DNA of 63,524 nt, counting the filler, from Basidioascus undulatus (Eukaryota): NCBI GenBank assembly GCA_000826855.1. It is 10 parts of 10 records of this genome, joined end to end, with 100 filler letters (N's around TTAATTAATTAA, not from the genome) between each part and the next. Parts side by side here need not be neighbours in the genome. Positions count along the whole stretch, not along the records: positions 1 to 24,973 come from JTLS01000228.1; 9 more parts are not named here. One strand, given 5' to 3'. The notes under the pieces were generated by a model. The model was not told where the DNA came from, searched no databases, and was given only the letters and a program-made list of their open reading frames with translations. Of the stretch, positions 12,598 through 25,073 are shown piece after piece (positions within the stretch are counted from its first letter, which is position 1; the number at the start of each line of letters is the position of its first letter). The translations under genes and the position numbers were made by a program.

Positions 12598-13890
12598 ATG
12601 GGCCGAACAAAGCACAAATCCGCGAAGGCGACCGCCAAGGCCGCGCCCGAGCCCGAGCCCTCGTCGTCGACTACGCCCGCAGCGGAGCCGACGGTGGAGA
12701 GCCTGCTCGAGAAGACGGTCGTCCTCCTCGCGCAGCAGGACTACCCACTCGCCTTGCGCTTCGCCGACCGCATCCTCTCCCTCTCGCCCACCCACGCCGA
12801 CGCCCGCCTCTACCGCGCGCTTTCCCTCCTCGAGACCTGCGAGCCCGAAAAGGCCGCGCTCGACTTTGAAGGGCTCGCGCAGTGTGGAGAGAGGGAGCGC
12901 GAGGTCGAGGCACGGCTCTATCTGGCCCAGCTCAGGGAGGAGGCAGAGGCGATGACGTGGTATGAGCGCGCGGTGGAGGGACTGGAGGGGCTCCTTGGGG
13001 AGGTGATGGACGCGCGAAATCGCGGCGAGGAGGGCGCGGAGGAGAGGGAGAAGGAGGTTCGGAGGAAAATGACCGGTGCGCTCGTGGCTATGGCTGAGCT
13101 GTTTTTGACCGACATGTGGTGCGTCTCTTCTCTCAATACCTTCTCCCTTCCAACCGCGTTCCCTCCCGCACGGCCTCACACCCGTCCTCCCCCAGCTTCC
13201 ATCCCGACGCCCAAACCTCATCCCTCGCGCTCCTCCAGCGCGCGCTCTCCCTCGACCCCACAGACCCCGACATCCACACGACCCTCTGCTCGCACTCCAT
13301 CTCCTCTTGCGCGCCTCCTTCCGTCTGCCTCTCGCACGCACAAACGGGCTGGGACCTCTGGCGGGCCCTGCCCGCCGGTGACCCCGGTCTTCCGCCCACG
13401 TCTTCCCGCCGCTCATTGGCAAAGGTCCTCGTGGAGCTGAGAGAGCGTGAAAGCGCACAGGAGGTCTTGAAGGGTGTCTTGGCGGAGGATGAGGGTGATG
13501 TGGAGGCGTGGTATCTGATGGGCTGGGTGGGGTGGATGGTGGGCGAGGAGGTGCAGGGCGAGGAGGAGAAGCGGGAGGCGTGGACAGAGGCGAGGGAGTA
13601 CTTGGATATGGCTCTGCAGGTGCGTAAACATCCCTTCTTCTACCCACATTCTCTCCTTGCACCGGTCTTTTCGCCTGTTCCCAGCTCTGACATCCCCTTC
13701 GAAACAGTACTATCACCAAACCGAGCACTTCGACCCGCCCCTCCTCCAACACACTCAGGAGCTCATCACGCAACTACAAGCAGCGGGGATCCAGTCGCGC
13801 CCCGCAGACGAGGATGATCTCGAGGACGGTGACGGCGAAGAGGAGGGGTGGACGAGCGACGAGGACGGCATGGAGGTCGACGGGTCATAA
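12598..13890 (+). CDS. ACL4: TPR-like assembly chaperone of Rpl4
   Basis: MGRTK start, TPR-like helices, LVAMAELFLTDM, EDEGDVEAWYLMGW, acidic tail with WTSDED; 3 exons. Confidence 0.75.
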
Positions 13891-14933
13891 GGGTGTTCTC
13901 CTTCGCACTGGGTTGCTCGCTTGGGCTTGAGACTTCGTAATCGCGCATATAGCTTTAATGATTACTGCACACCTGGGTTGGTCCCACAGCCACAGAGGCC
14001 CCGGTTAGGCCTGCGCAGCGTTACTGAGCAGTTGTACCCGCTGCGTTCATCAAAAGCACCTTCAGTTGCGGGGATTTCTCCTCTGCGGCTGGCACATATT
14101 GCGTTTCACGTTTCCGTTTGGGAAAAAGAGTTTTGAGGCTTTTTCGAGTCTACATTTTTTTGCGACGAAGACGGAAAACGCTGTCTTCTTGACCTGCGGT
14201 CTCCAACGTGCTTGCTTCGTCGCTGTAGCTCGCTGGCTTTCGTGGGGCTTCCCATCCACAATGGCAGCTCAGCACCAAAGCTGCTTTACTCCGAAATAAG
14301 TACCGCTGGTAACAAACATGCGATGCAGCGGTCATCAAATATCCTTGCATAACTCATCCGGGGAAACTGAGGGAGGTTGACTGCACGCTGCAAACTTCTT
14401 ATTGTCGCTGTTCAGGCGACTTCGTAGCGTGCATATTTTTCACCAGGTAACATGGGGTAACTGCCTGTTTATATTAGGGAGACCTTCTTAATGCACCCGA
14501 GAAGTTTCATCGGCCGGAGTAGAGGCAAACCACGACTGATGTTGTGAGCATCCCGTAGAGGGATCAAGGGATGGAAGATGGTGGCCCTTTGGCAGCGCCC
14601 CCAGCGCAACGCTATTATGGTACACCGACGCATTGATGTCGATCGCACGCAAGAAAACATCCAATTGCACCAATTCCCAATTGAAGATGGATTGACGACT
14701 TTCACAAACCACATGCCGGCTGCAAGGTTGCGTTTGTGCGGGCTTATAAGTTTGCACCTGGGCAAAGGCGGGGTGGTGCCGATGAGTAAAAGGTCTTTAT
14801 GAGCTCTTGCTTCTGAGTTCAGTGAGAGTCAAACGTCTCCAGTTTGGACTCAGGCGGCGGAGTGGGATCACTAGCTGCCGCACTGCGCTCTTGCCATCAA
14901 GGTCCCTTCTTGTCCTGTATCGCGACCTATTCC

Positions 14934-16050
14934 TTATAATCTGTCTAGGATACGGCTCATACAGTCATCTCCTCCCACTCCCAGACGTAGCACCCATCCT
15001 TCCCCTGCTCGCGTACTCTGACATGCGTCTCTCTTCCCATCCTCGTCCAGAACCCTGACTTCCCATTTCCGCCCGTTGCATTCCGTCCAAACCACCTTCT
15101 CGAGCGACCCGCAGCCTTTCACCGTCGCAGCCAACGCCTGCCGCATCCCCCCACACCAGAGCTCATCCCTGCACTATCCTAGAACGAAATATTCAGAGCC
15201 GACGGGAAGGAAGGGATTGATGGCGCGAACGATGAGCTCGCAACCGCGAGGGAAGCGGGAGAGCGCGAGGGCGATAGCGGCGAGAGACAGGGACTGTGGG
15301 GCACGGAAAGCGGATAATGAGAAAGGCAGGGACATCTGGTAAACCGACAAGGCGGCGAAGATATGGTCAGAAGTGGGAAGGGAGCGCCGTCGTGGCGCCC
15401 GTGGAGGGACTCGAGGGTTCCAAAGAGATCACCGACATTGTTTGGTAGAGCGTGTAGAAGGTTGTCGGGAGAGTGAGTGGAGAGCTTGATGTGACGGAGC
15501 GACGAGAGGCGCGAAGAGTGCCTGGGTGAGCGTGGCCGCGAGCGACGGAAGATGAAACGAGGGATTGCTGCCACGAAGTTTGAACCTACAGACCTGATGG
15601 TCGAGGGTCTGCAGTCGAGGGAGGCGAGAGAGCAGAATGGAGAGTGACTGGATGTATGAGGCGACGTAGTCGAACATTGGATAGTCGCTGTATGGCGGGT
15701 CGGCGTGCAGTTCCCTAGTATGTTTTAATCCGCTGAGTACCCAGCTACGCATGAAAGCCTGAGGATGCCTTCCGACGTAGCGAATGACTCATCTCATGCT
15801 TGCCAGCACTTTTTTCCTAATCGTGTTGTTCTCCACAGCTTCCGCCACGGCCTAAACGTTACATGCCGTAAGCCTCGCAAATGCTCTTTCCGGCGTCAAA
15901 TGCTCGGGCACAGCCCTACTGAGGACGCGGAGCGCCCTCCTTTGGGGAAGCTCGTTGTAGTCCGCGACGAGGTCAAGGACGATGGGTACGAGTGCGGACG
16001 ATCGAGCGCTGGGAGCGCGAGCGAAGACGTGCACCGAAAGCGAAGACATC
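14934..16050 (-). pseudogene. Probable decayed hypothetical gene (F-box/LRR-like composition)
   Basis: ORFs 15852-16202, 15429-15752 and 14934-15146 lie in the same minus frame, separated by isolated stops; LLSRLPRLQTL and CGSLEKVVW-type segments. Confidence 0.35.
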
Positions 16051-17848
16051 GGAGAGCGTTGTGGCGAGGAGGCGTCGTTTGCAGGATGGTTACAATGCAG
16101 GTCGACGTGGTAAAGACCTAGGTAAGCTTGGAAGAGGTAGGAATGCACACGCGCAGGGGATAAGGGATCAAAGCGGACCGTATGCAGCGGACATGGACGC
16201 ATGGAAAGTGAAACGCATCACGGCGGGCAGCGCCTCCCAGGCAATCCTTTGCAGGACACACGAGGCAGTGTAGTCTATATTCTACAGGAGTTCTTGTCGT
16301 TGTCTTGTGTATGGAACTAGGAACAGATAGAAATTTCGGGAGTTCGTCTTGCTTCAACGCAATTTGAGCAAGCGATACAGCCTCCCACTCCAGATTTTGT
16401 GAATCGTCTCCGCCGCTGCTGGGCCATTTTAGCCTTGGCAGTTGTATTCAACACTGGTGAAATGCTAATGCTACATTGAAGCCCCATTCACATAGGAGTT
16501 AAAATCAGAGTGTCCGCGACGCGTGCGTGTCAGCGAGCCGCGAGTTTGGTCTGTGGAGCTGTTCTAGTAGCCCAGAAACAGATGACAAAACTGAGTGCCC
16601 TAATTAGGTGAGCCGTTATAACCGCTTGGAATAGCTGGATAACGACCGCTTTCTTCGCGGTCCCCGGCGGGCTGCAACGACCAATATGCATGAGTCAGCG
16701 TCTTCTTACATCCTTTTGGAGCGACATCCTCTAACTAATTAGACGCTTATGTCCAGGTTTGAAAGGGAAACTTTACTTAGCTAGTTCACCTCAAATTTGA
16801 TAAGAACATAGGAGGCGGACGTCTGGCCGAGAGCTCGGCTGTCAGTGGGTCATCACCGTCCACTGGTGCTAGGCTCACGGCTCCGTGGTCTGTGTTAGAG
16901 ATCGATGGTGTTCTTTAAACTTGCCATCCTAAAATGAGAGAAAAAGCTACCCGGCAAAAAAAAATGAGGTATCCACCTTCTCCAGGCAATTCGGTAAAGA
17001 ACCCTTCCCCTCAAGGCCCAAGGGTTATACGGATGGCATGGGTGTAGCCGTCACTTCCAATTAGCTCGAATATACGGACGCACCCCCGAAATTTTTGAGT
17101 CCGAGCAGGAAGAGGCTATAGGTAGCTATGCGCGACTGCAGCGCAGTGGGAGGTCCTTACGTTGTGCATCTCGCTGATTTGGTAGGATTCAGTTTGCTCT
17201 ATATCAATTTTGCCGCCGTAGCTGTTGGTCCATACTTCAGAATTCATGGATTTCCCAGACTGAGCGAAATCGCGGAATAACGGAAGGACTTCGACATGCT
17301 GCCGCTCGGCCAAGATAGACTGCCAGAACAGGAGGATGCGAAAGGGGGGGGGGACTAACGCTGCAGTGGGGTTTTCAACATGCATTGTCTATAGGAATTA
17401 TAGGGCAAGGAAAGCTCACTCGGCAGTTTGATGTAATCTTGAATGCGCCTTTGGGAGCTTCCTGACTTGAAGAGTCGGAGCCACAGAGCGCTTGCTTGCA
17501 GACGTTTCATTCGTCACCGTGGGCCGCTGACCATACCGTTCGTAATATCAAGGGTGCGGTGACTTTCTCGGTACTCGTTCGAAGAACCTGAAGGCTTTGC
17601 GGCTGAGTTTCTGTAGACTGCAAGTCGAGATCGGGCCCCCGTGAGGGAGATTGCGGCGATAAGCGAGTTCACGACGGCGGTATGCCCCTGTCTACTTTGC
17701 GAGCGTGCGCCGTGCGTCGAAATCTTTTGGAACCAGACCGTCTTCTCGCCCCGCCTCGCGCATCCTTTTCCTCATCACACCCACCGCCCTCTCCCCTTTT
17801 TCAATCTTTCTTTTTACAAGGAGACGCGCCGGTTCAGAATATACCACG

Positions 17849-20800
17849 ATGGCGCCCTCCAAGACGGCCAAGGGCTCGAGTGGCGGTGCAAAGGCCAGCT
17901 CGAGCTCGAGCGCTGGAACGACGGGCATCAAACGTGTCAAGGGCGAGGTACGGCATTGTTGCATTCCATTTCATTACGAGTATGCCACCCTGACATGCTT
18001 GAGTTTAATGCAGAACTTCTACCGCGATGCGTGCGTCGCTATTCGGATTGGGGCGAGCAGGGGCTGGACCAGGGACTGATGAAGGGCTGTGGGTGGGATA
18101 CAACAGCAAGAAGGCCGCGCGCGTCAAGATGCTCAACGGCGGCAAGGCCGTGCGCGACAAGGATGGCAAGATCATCCAGGCCGCGGCGTTCCAGACCGCT
18201 GAGAAGGACACCAAGCCGGGGCGTGTCCAGCCGGACAGGCGGTGGTTCGGTGCTTTGTCTCTTCCCAGTCTCCCCTCCCTCTTTCCTCCCTCCCTGTAGG
18301 TTCTGACGCATAGCGCGGACCGTCCACAGGCAACACCCGCGTCATCTCCCAGACCGCGCTCACCCACTTCCGCGACGCCCTCGGCGACAAGGTCCACGAC
18401 CCGTACAGCGTCCTCCTCAAGCGTAACAAGCTCCCTATGTCCCTCGTCCAGGACGCCCACCTCGGCCGTGCTCGCCCCATGGCCGGCGGCAGTCTCGTCG
18501 ACACCGAGCCCTTCAAGGACACGTTCGGAAAGAAGGCGCAACGGAAGCGGCCTAGGTTGGATGTTGGGTCGTTTGAGGAGCTGGGGAAGGCCGTCGGGGA
18601 CGAGGGTGAGTCGCAGGTCCTCTCCTCTTGTTCTCCTTCTCTCTTGTCTCCTGGGTTTCGCGCCAGGTTTCTTTCCTTCTCTTCACTTCTTTCCTATGCC
18701 ACAAGCCAAGTCAAGTCTCCCCCCCACTTCCCACGGGGGAGTCTGTTACGCTCGTGGAAGAGCGACCCCGCGCGCCGTGCCACCCCTCTTGTCCGTGTTC
18801 TTTGGTCGAGAGGCGGTTCAAGCCGAGGCCGTCTTGGCCAAGGCGAGGTCGGCGCGCATCTTTGTCTGCTGTAGAGTTGATTCCCCCGCATGCCTGATGG
18901 CGCCGATAAGCGGGGGCGTCGTAGTTGGCGGACGCACATTCCTTTTATCTTTCGCTTCTCCTCTCTTTTCGTTTCGCCCATCATGTCGCCTCAAGGTGTG
19001 TCTTGTATTCAGGCAACATTGCTGACGTTGTCATTCGGCACTGCCCAGAATCGACGCTCGACCTTTCCGCTCCTACGCCCTCCTTCGACGCCCTCCACGC
19101 CGCCGCCTCGACCTCCTCCGCCGCTGCCCCTTTTACCGACGCGACCACCTCGGCCCTCTCCTCCGCACCCGACGCCGTCGATCCTAGCCAACTCCCCTTC
19201 GACCTCGACTCCCTCGCGCCCACCGCGCGCGAGGCGCAGTACCGCAAGGGCACGTCCCGGCGCATCTGGGGCGAGCTGTACAAGGTCATCGACTCGAGCG
19301 ACGTCGTCATCCACGTCTTGGACGCGCGCGACCCCGAGGGGACCCTGTGCAAGAGCGTACTTGAGGGGATTCGGAGGGAGCGCTCGCACAAGCAGGTCGT
19401 GCTGGTACTGAACAAGGTCGATCTGGTCCCTACTTGGGTCACGGTGAGTTTACGTTCCTCCTCCCCCATTCCCTACCCTGTTTTCCATTTCTTTTCCTTT
19501 CCGCTTTCATTCGGTTTCCTTCTCCCCTTTTCTCTTTCGACCCACGCGTCAAAGTCAAGTCCCTCTCTCCCTCATTGGGTGTCCTCCGGGCATACGAGGG
19601 CGGACTGTTACGTCCGTGGAAGACCGATCTGGCCCGCCGCGCCGCTCCTTCGGGAGTTCAAGCAGACGCCGTTTTGGCCGACGCGAGGTCTCGCGGCGGT
19701 GCGTTTGTCCGTGCAGAGTTGAGCCCTGTCGCACTTCGAGAGAATTGATAACACGGGAGGGCTCGTAGTTTGCGGACGTACATCGCTTTCCTCTTCTATT
19801 CCCCTCTGTTTCTCTTTTCCCGTCAACTTTAGATTCTCGAGGCGTTGGTGTCGAAGCAACGAGAGCTGACTTCCGCCCCACCTGCTCCCTACGCCAGGCC
19901 AAATGGGTCCGCCACCTCTCGCGGACGTACCCGACGCTCGCGATGCACTCGTCGATCAACAACTCGTTCGGCAAGGGCTCCCTCATCCAGCTCCTCCGCC
20001 AGTTCTCCGTCCTCCACTCGGATAAGAAGCAGATCTCAGTCGGCTTCATTGGGTACCCGAATGTCGGCAAGAGCTCCGTCATCAACACGCTCAAGAACAA
20101 GAAGGTCTGCACTGTCGCGCCCATTCCGGGAGAGACGAAGGTGCGTCGATTCGCCCACGGTTTTTTCTGACCGAGCCAAGAGCTAACCTGTGAAGGAACG
20201 ACGATCCAGGTCTGGCAATACATCACGCTCATGCGCCGGATCTACCTGATCGACTGCCCTGGCATCGTCCCTGTCTCGGCCCGCGACTCCGACACGGACA
20301 CCGTCCTCAAGGGCGTCGTGCGCATCGAGAACCTTGCGACGCCGGTCGAGCACATCCCGCAGCTCCTGACGCGCGTGCGGCCCGAGTACCTCGAGCGGAC
20401 GTACGGCGTTACGCGCCCGTCCGACTCCCCCGCTGGCTGGGCAGGCCAGCGTGGCGCAGACGAGCTGCTCGGCTCCATCGCGCGAAGGACGGGGAAGTTA
20501 CTGAAGGGCGGCGAGCCCGACCTGAACGCCGCCGCGAAGATGGTGCTCCACGATTGGATTCGGGGCAAGATCCCGTTCTTTACGAGGCCGCCCGACGCCG
20601 ACGGCCAGCCGGTGGTCAAGCCGTTGCCCGAGGAGCCGCAGCTTGTGCCGCAGGAGGGCGCGAAGGATAAGGGGAAGGGGAAGGCCAAGGAGGGCGGGCG
20701 GGACGCGCAGGAGGTGCTCGCGTTGAAGGAGAAGAGCATCAAGGGCGTCGTCCAGCCTATTCGGCAGATCGCGGTCGCCACCAAGTATGTTTTCGTCCCG

Positions 20801-21641
20801 TTATTCCTCCGTCTCGACGCTCACCTGACTGGATACGCCCCCGTACACCAGGTTCCTCCCAGACGATGTCACCGGCGACCCGGACGCGTTCGACGACCCG
20901 CCTGAGGGCGAAGAGGCGGAGGCGAGCGACGCTGAGGGCGACGCCGACTCGGACGAGGAGAGCTCTGGCGCCGAGGCGGAGGAGTGGCACGGTATTGGTG
21001 GGGGCGAGGAGGAGGGGAGCGAGGAAGAGGAGGAGTACGAGGAGCCTGAGCTTGAGGAGCTCGGGTGGGATGAGGTGTTTGGCGCGGCGTCTGGCGCGCC
21101 CGGTGCGGAGGCAGGGGAGGAGGAGGAGGAGGAGGAGGCGCCGTCAAAGAAGCGGAAGTGTGCGTCTTCTATTTTCCCTCTCTTCCCCTTGTGATGGTTC
21201 GGGCACTGACGGAATGTCGTGCTGGATAGCTCTGTCCGCTGACGATGAGGAGGACGACGACGAGCCGGCGGACTCGCGCAAGTCGCGTCCGAAGGAGCCG
21301 CGCATGACCACTAGCAAGGTTCGTTGTCGCTTTTTTTTTGTCATCGTCGCTCTCGCTGAGTTGCGATGCTGATGCGGTGGACTTGACTCGCCGAGCAGAA
21401 GGCGGCCACGAACTACTTCACCACTGCGAACGTTAAGAACAAGAACGTGCGTCTTGCTCCCTTCTCGCTTCCTCTTGCTTCCTTTTCTATTCCATGACAA
21501 GCGAGCTGACTCTGTGACAATTGCAACCCGCTGCGACAGCGTGACCGCAAGATCCCGAAGGGCGGGCGCGGGGGTCCGAGCGCGGCCGAGCGGAGAAGTC
21601 GCGCTGTGGGGGATAAGGTGAAGAAGATGAAGCGGCGGTAG
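17849..21641 (+). CDS. NOG2: Nucleolar GTPase Nog2 (60S biogenesis)
   Basis: [88 protein letters not shown]; acidic C-terminus; multi-exon. Confidence 0.96.
18699..18941 (+). ncRNA. Intronic H/ACA snoRNA, snR191/U19(SNORA74)-like, copy A
   Basis: In the long NOG2 intron ~18606-19048; pocket AGTCA(18709)/GTTAC(18745), pocket AGAGT(18873)/TAGTT(18922), ACA box 18936-18938 14 nt after the pocket; complementary to LSU helix 69 GUAACUAUGACUCU. Confidence 0.85.
19542..19785 (+). ncRNA. Intronic H/ACA snoRNA, snR191/U19(SNORA74)-like, copy B
   Basis: In the long NOG2 intron ~19444-19898; pocket AGTCA(19553)/GTTAC(19607), pocket AGAGT(19715)/TAGTT(19766), ACA box 19780-19782; same motif order as copy A. 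Confidence 0.85.
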
Positions 21642-22159
21642 ATTCGCGCGTGGGTGGACTTCGTAGATGCGTGGGGACGAGGGGCTGTTGTACGATACGG
21701 ACTGCGCACTTGTTCGTCACGACCAGACTTTACTGTTTCTGGCTGGGCTTGGACTGCATTGCCATTCAATCTTCAATGAGAGGGAGCAGTGAAGCATTTG
21801 AGTAGGGAAAGTCGGAGATTTGAGGGGGCGGTGCAATGCGAAGGAAAGTGCCTCGAATTTAACGGGTTTTCGGTTGTGTGCCCCGTCGTTTATGTCAAGA
21901 ACAGATATCTGCGAAGGTTCGGACGAAGGCCCAGCTTGCACGCCCACCGCTCATTTTTGGCCTGAACAACGTGCCTGACACGGCCTGCAATGAAGGAACT
22001 CGAAGATTCAGCTCATGCGCTCCTTTTCTTGGTAATTGTGGGAGTCTTCACAAAAAGAGCATGGCGGACGCTGCAGGTCTCACGGAAGTGGATTTGTCAA
22101 GCACAGCCGTCTTCATGACATGCAACGACATCGCACAATCATGGCACCAGCTCTGCGAA

Positions 22160-24330
22160 TCAGTCGGCAGTCCTCCCCTCCGGTGGAACGCAAGGCAGCC
22201 CGAGTAGGCCGAGCACGTCAGCCTCCGATTTTGCCCAGCTCAGGTCAACTTCTTTGCCGGTCCTGTTGATCGTGATCCCGCCCGAGTCGAACTTCATGCC
22301 CTTGTCTTGGGCGAAGCGTCTGCCCGTATCAAAGGAGGGACGTCCTAGTCAGCCCAGATAATCAATCGAATATGGAAGGATCACGGTGATGGGGGGCGCA
22401 GGCATGGAGGAGAGCGAAACGCGCGGGAGCTGAGATCGTCCTCAAATTGGGTCGAGCCCGTCCTGCGCAGGCACAACAGATTAGCCTTGAATTATTAAGT
22501 ATTTTTGCCAAGGTGACAGGCAGCAGGACAAAGAACGCACCACCCGAGGACTGCAGTCCAGTATCGGTTGCGAGGCGCGTAGAGGAGGTGTACCCGACCA
22601 TAAATTGGCTCTTCCCGTTCTGCCGTGGCCATGTCCTTCTATGTCCTCCAATCCCGGAGTGAACAAGGTGCTGTGCAGAATCACAGCCAGAGCATGCCCA
22701 ACAGAAGAGGAGAAAAGACGGACGCGAGAGCGGATGACGAGGAAAGCCTTTTCCAGCGTGTCGAACGTGTCGGCTTGGCGGTAGTCGTTGTTCATCCGAC
22801 GCAAGTTGGCGTCCGCGTAATCTATATAGGGGGAGTAGGCAAGTCAGCGGACATCTCTTACTGCTGAGCATGGGCGACGCTATCCAGCCTCGTACGCAAG
22901 ATGTCCGCTATGAGTCCTAAGGGAAATTATCACGCCTGCGTCGGGAAATGAACTTGATATGCGTACCAGCCTCTTCCAGTCTCTTCATAACCTTCCCAAG
23001 CAAGCTCTTCTCTCTCCGCCTTGATTTGGGGTCGTAAAGACGATGTCGATGTCGTTCGTCTCTGACTTGCCTCTACGGTACCTGATGGGGATGGATTTGG
23101 CCCGTTCTAGAAAGTAATTCCACTACCGGCAGAATAGTAGTTGACACTTCAGCTCTGGCGCACCCTCTGCACACCGTGTACTCTGCCTGCGGCTCCTCCG
23201 CTTTCAAATGCAGCGCGATGCAGCCACGACGGCCTCGACCTCGTCTCGCGGTATTCTGTAAGGATATTATCCGGGAAAATGCGCTCTCTCCGTGGGTCTC
23301 AAAAACTTTGGGAGGGTTTGGGGCGCACTTTTCGTCGAACTCGTCTGCCATCTGCACCTGCTCCTGCGTGATCTTCTTCGCTGCGACGAGCTCGTCGAGC
23401 GAGCGAAAGCCGGCGTTCCAGAGGTCAGGGCTGTGACTGGGCCGATTCCGTTGATGCGGGCGAAGTCGAGGCGAGCGTGGTATGATTTGTGGGAGAGGAT
23501 GAAGTATGTGGGAACACGCCGGCTGTGAGAAAGCGCAAGGTGAATCAGGTATAGACGGCAGTGTAAGGCGAGGAGCGTACCGGTCACTGTAAGTCGGCCA
23601 ATCGCAAGGTACTCGTCTGTCTGTGGAAGCCACACAAAGGTCAACATGGGGTCATTTTCTTCGCATCAGAAGACGACAGCAGTCAACTCACGAACGCCAC
23701 ACTCTTCGTGTCGACATTGGTACACACCCTCTCCCCATTTTCTTCGGAAGCGCTGCTCATCCCGAATCATCAACAGCCATTGTCATTCAGAGGAACCTCC
23801 CGTGAGGTTTGAGAGGAATCGTGTACCGCGCACCTTTGACACTCCCAATCGCCCTCCCGTACGCAATGATCCCGGTCTTGTCGCCGTCCAGCACCCGCTG
23901 GTTCTTGATGATACCCAGAAGCTCCACGAAGACTTCGTTGGGACATACGAGAGGGTGATATCGCTAAGATGAGCGGTAGTCGAGCCGAGCAGTGACGGAA
24001 GAGTCGATTTGCACGGGCAGCGTAGGAAGTGGTGGGAGAGCGCTGGCCGAAGACGAGGTCGCAGCCGATGCTGTCACTGTCGAATCAGCGCAGAACCCAG
24101 ACTCCACTTGTTCGTGTAGCTCACGACGACCTCGGCGTGGACGGTGCTCGCCACGAGCTTCGCGCTGCCCTGCACGATGATATCGCGGAGCTTGGCTAGC
24201 TCGTCTAGGTGCGAAAGAGCAGAAGCACTTTTTCAGTACGAGGACAACGGCAGCTGCATCCACGCCAAGAAGAAACGGACCACCGCCCGCCTTCGTGTCG
24301 AGCACATACATGTGCTGACGTTTGAACATG
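22160..24330 (-). pseudogene. X-family DNA polymerase (Pol4/Pol mu-like), apparently disabled
   Basis: CPNEVFVELLGIIKNQRVLDGD..AYGRAIGSVK (lyase domain), INGIGPVTA (HhH), YRRGKSETNDIDIVF (catalytic), KGMKFDSAGI..SEADVLGLLGLPCVPPEGRTAD* (thumb); frameshift in the GA run near 23008-23016 and a degraded RRVD/GWTGS region. Confidence 0.75.
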
Positions 24331-24973
24331 TCTGGGCACGGTGCTTGAGGCGGTTGATACCGGTGGAAACCCGTGGAGGTAGCGGTAGAGGACGACGAGT
24401 GAAAGAATAAGGGCAGATACGAGTTGTTTGATGGGGCTCCGCGTCCTGCGTTCGGCTGAGGAGCGCGTGGTGCTGTTGCGAGTTCGACGAAAAGAAGTCA
24501 GTCAGCCGCGGTTGCGGCGGCGGTCCGCGTGCCTCTCTCTTCCATGGACGTATGTCTCGTCTGAGTACTGAAACTACACAAGAACCTCTGAAATTATGAA
24601 CATTAGATGGCCAAGGAAAATATCCATCAACGATGGGAGACCGCACGCCATTCCGATCAGACATGTTCACACTTGCATGCGTTATATCAGAGTATACGTA
24701 GCCCGTGAGAAGGGCTGTTCTGCATAGAGGCTCAATGATGGCTCCTACAGATGTTGAGTTCGAATATTTATACAATTGTTGCTTGCAAGTTGAGCCGATG
24801 CACAGGACTGTGCTGTACTCTCGCGCGGTTCGGCGGCGACGGCGACGGCGAAGCGACTGACGGGCATGGTCCACAAGCGCTGATGTCAGCGTGCCGAGAC
24901 CCCCTCAGAGGCGTACGTAGGCCTCCCTTTCTCCAGTTAGATAAAACGGACAATCACCGTCGGCATTGAATGG

Positions 24974-25073
24974 NNNNNNNNNNNNNNNNNNNNNNNNNNN
25001 NNNNNNNNNNNNNNNNNTTAATTAATTAANNNNNNNNNNNNNNNNNNNNNNNNNNNNNNNNNNNNNNNNNNNN
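24974..25073. other. Artificial 100-nt contig spacer (N-run + TTAATTAATTAA + N-run)
   Basis: Same spacer at 29010-29109, 33043-33142, 37071-37170, 41090-41189, 45107-45206, 49123-49222, 53079-53178 and 59512-59611; the 12-mer gives stops in all six frames. Confidence 0.98.

Noticed and set aside
25018..25029. Recurring TTAATTAATTAA palindrome about every 4 kb, resembling a regular repeat array
   Set aside because: Always embedded in N-runs; it is a six-frame-stop assembly linker.
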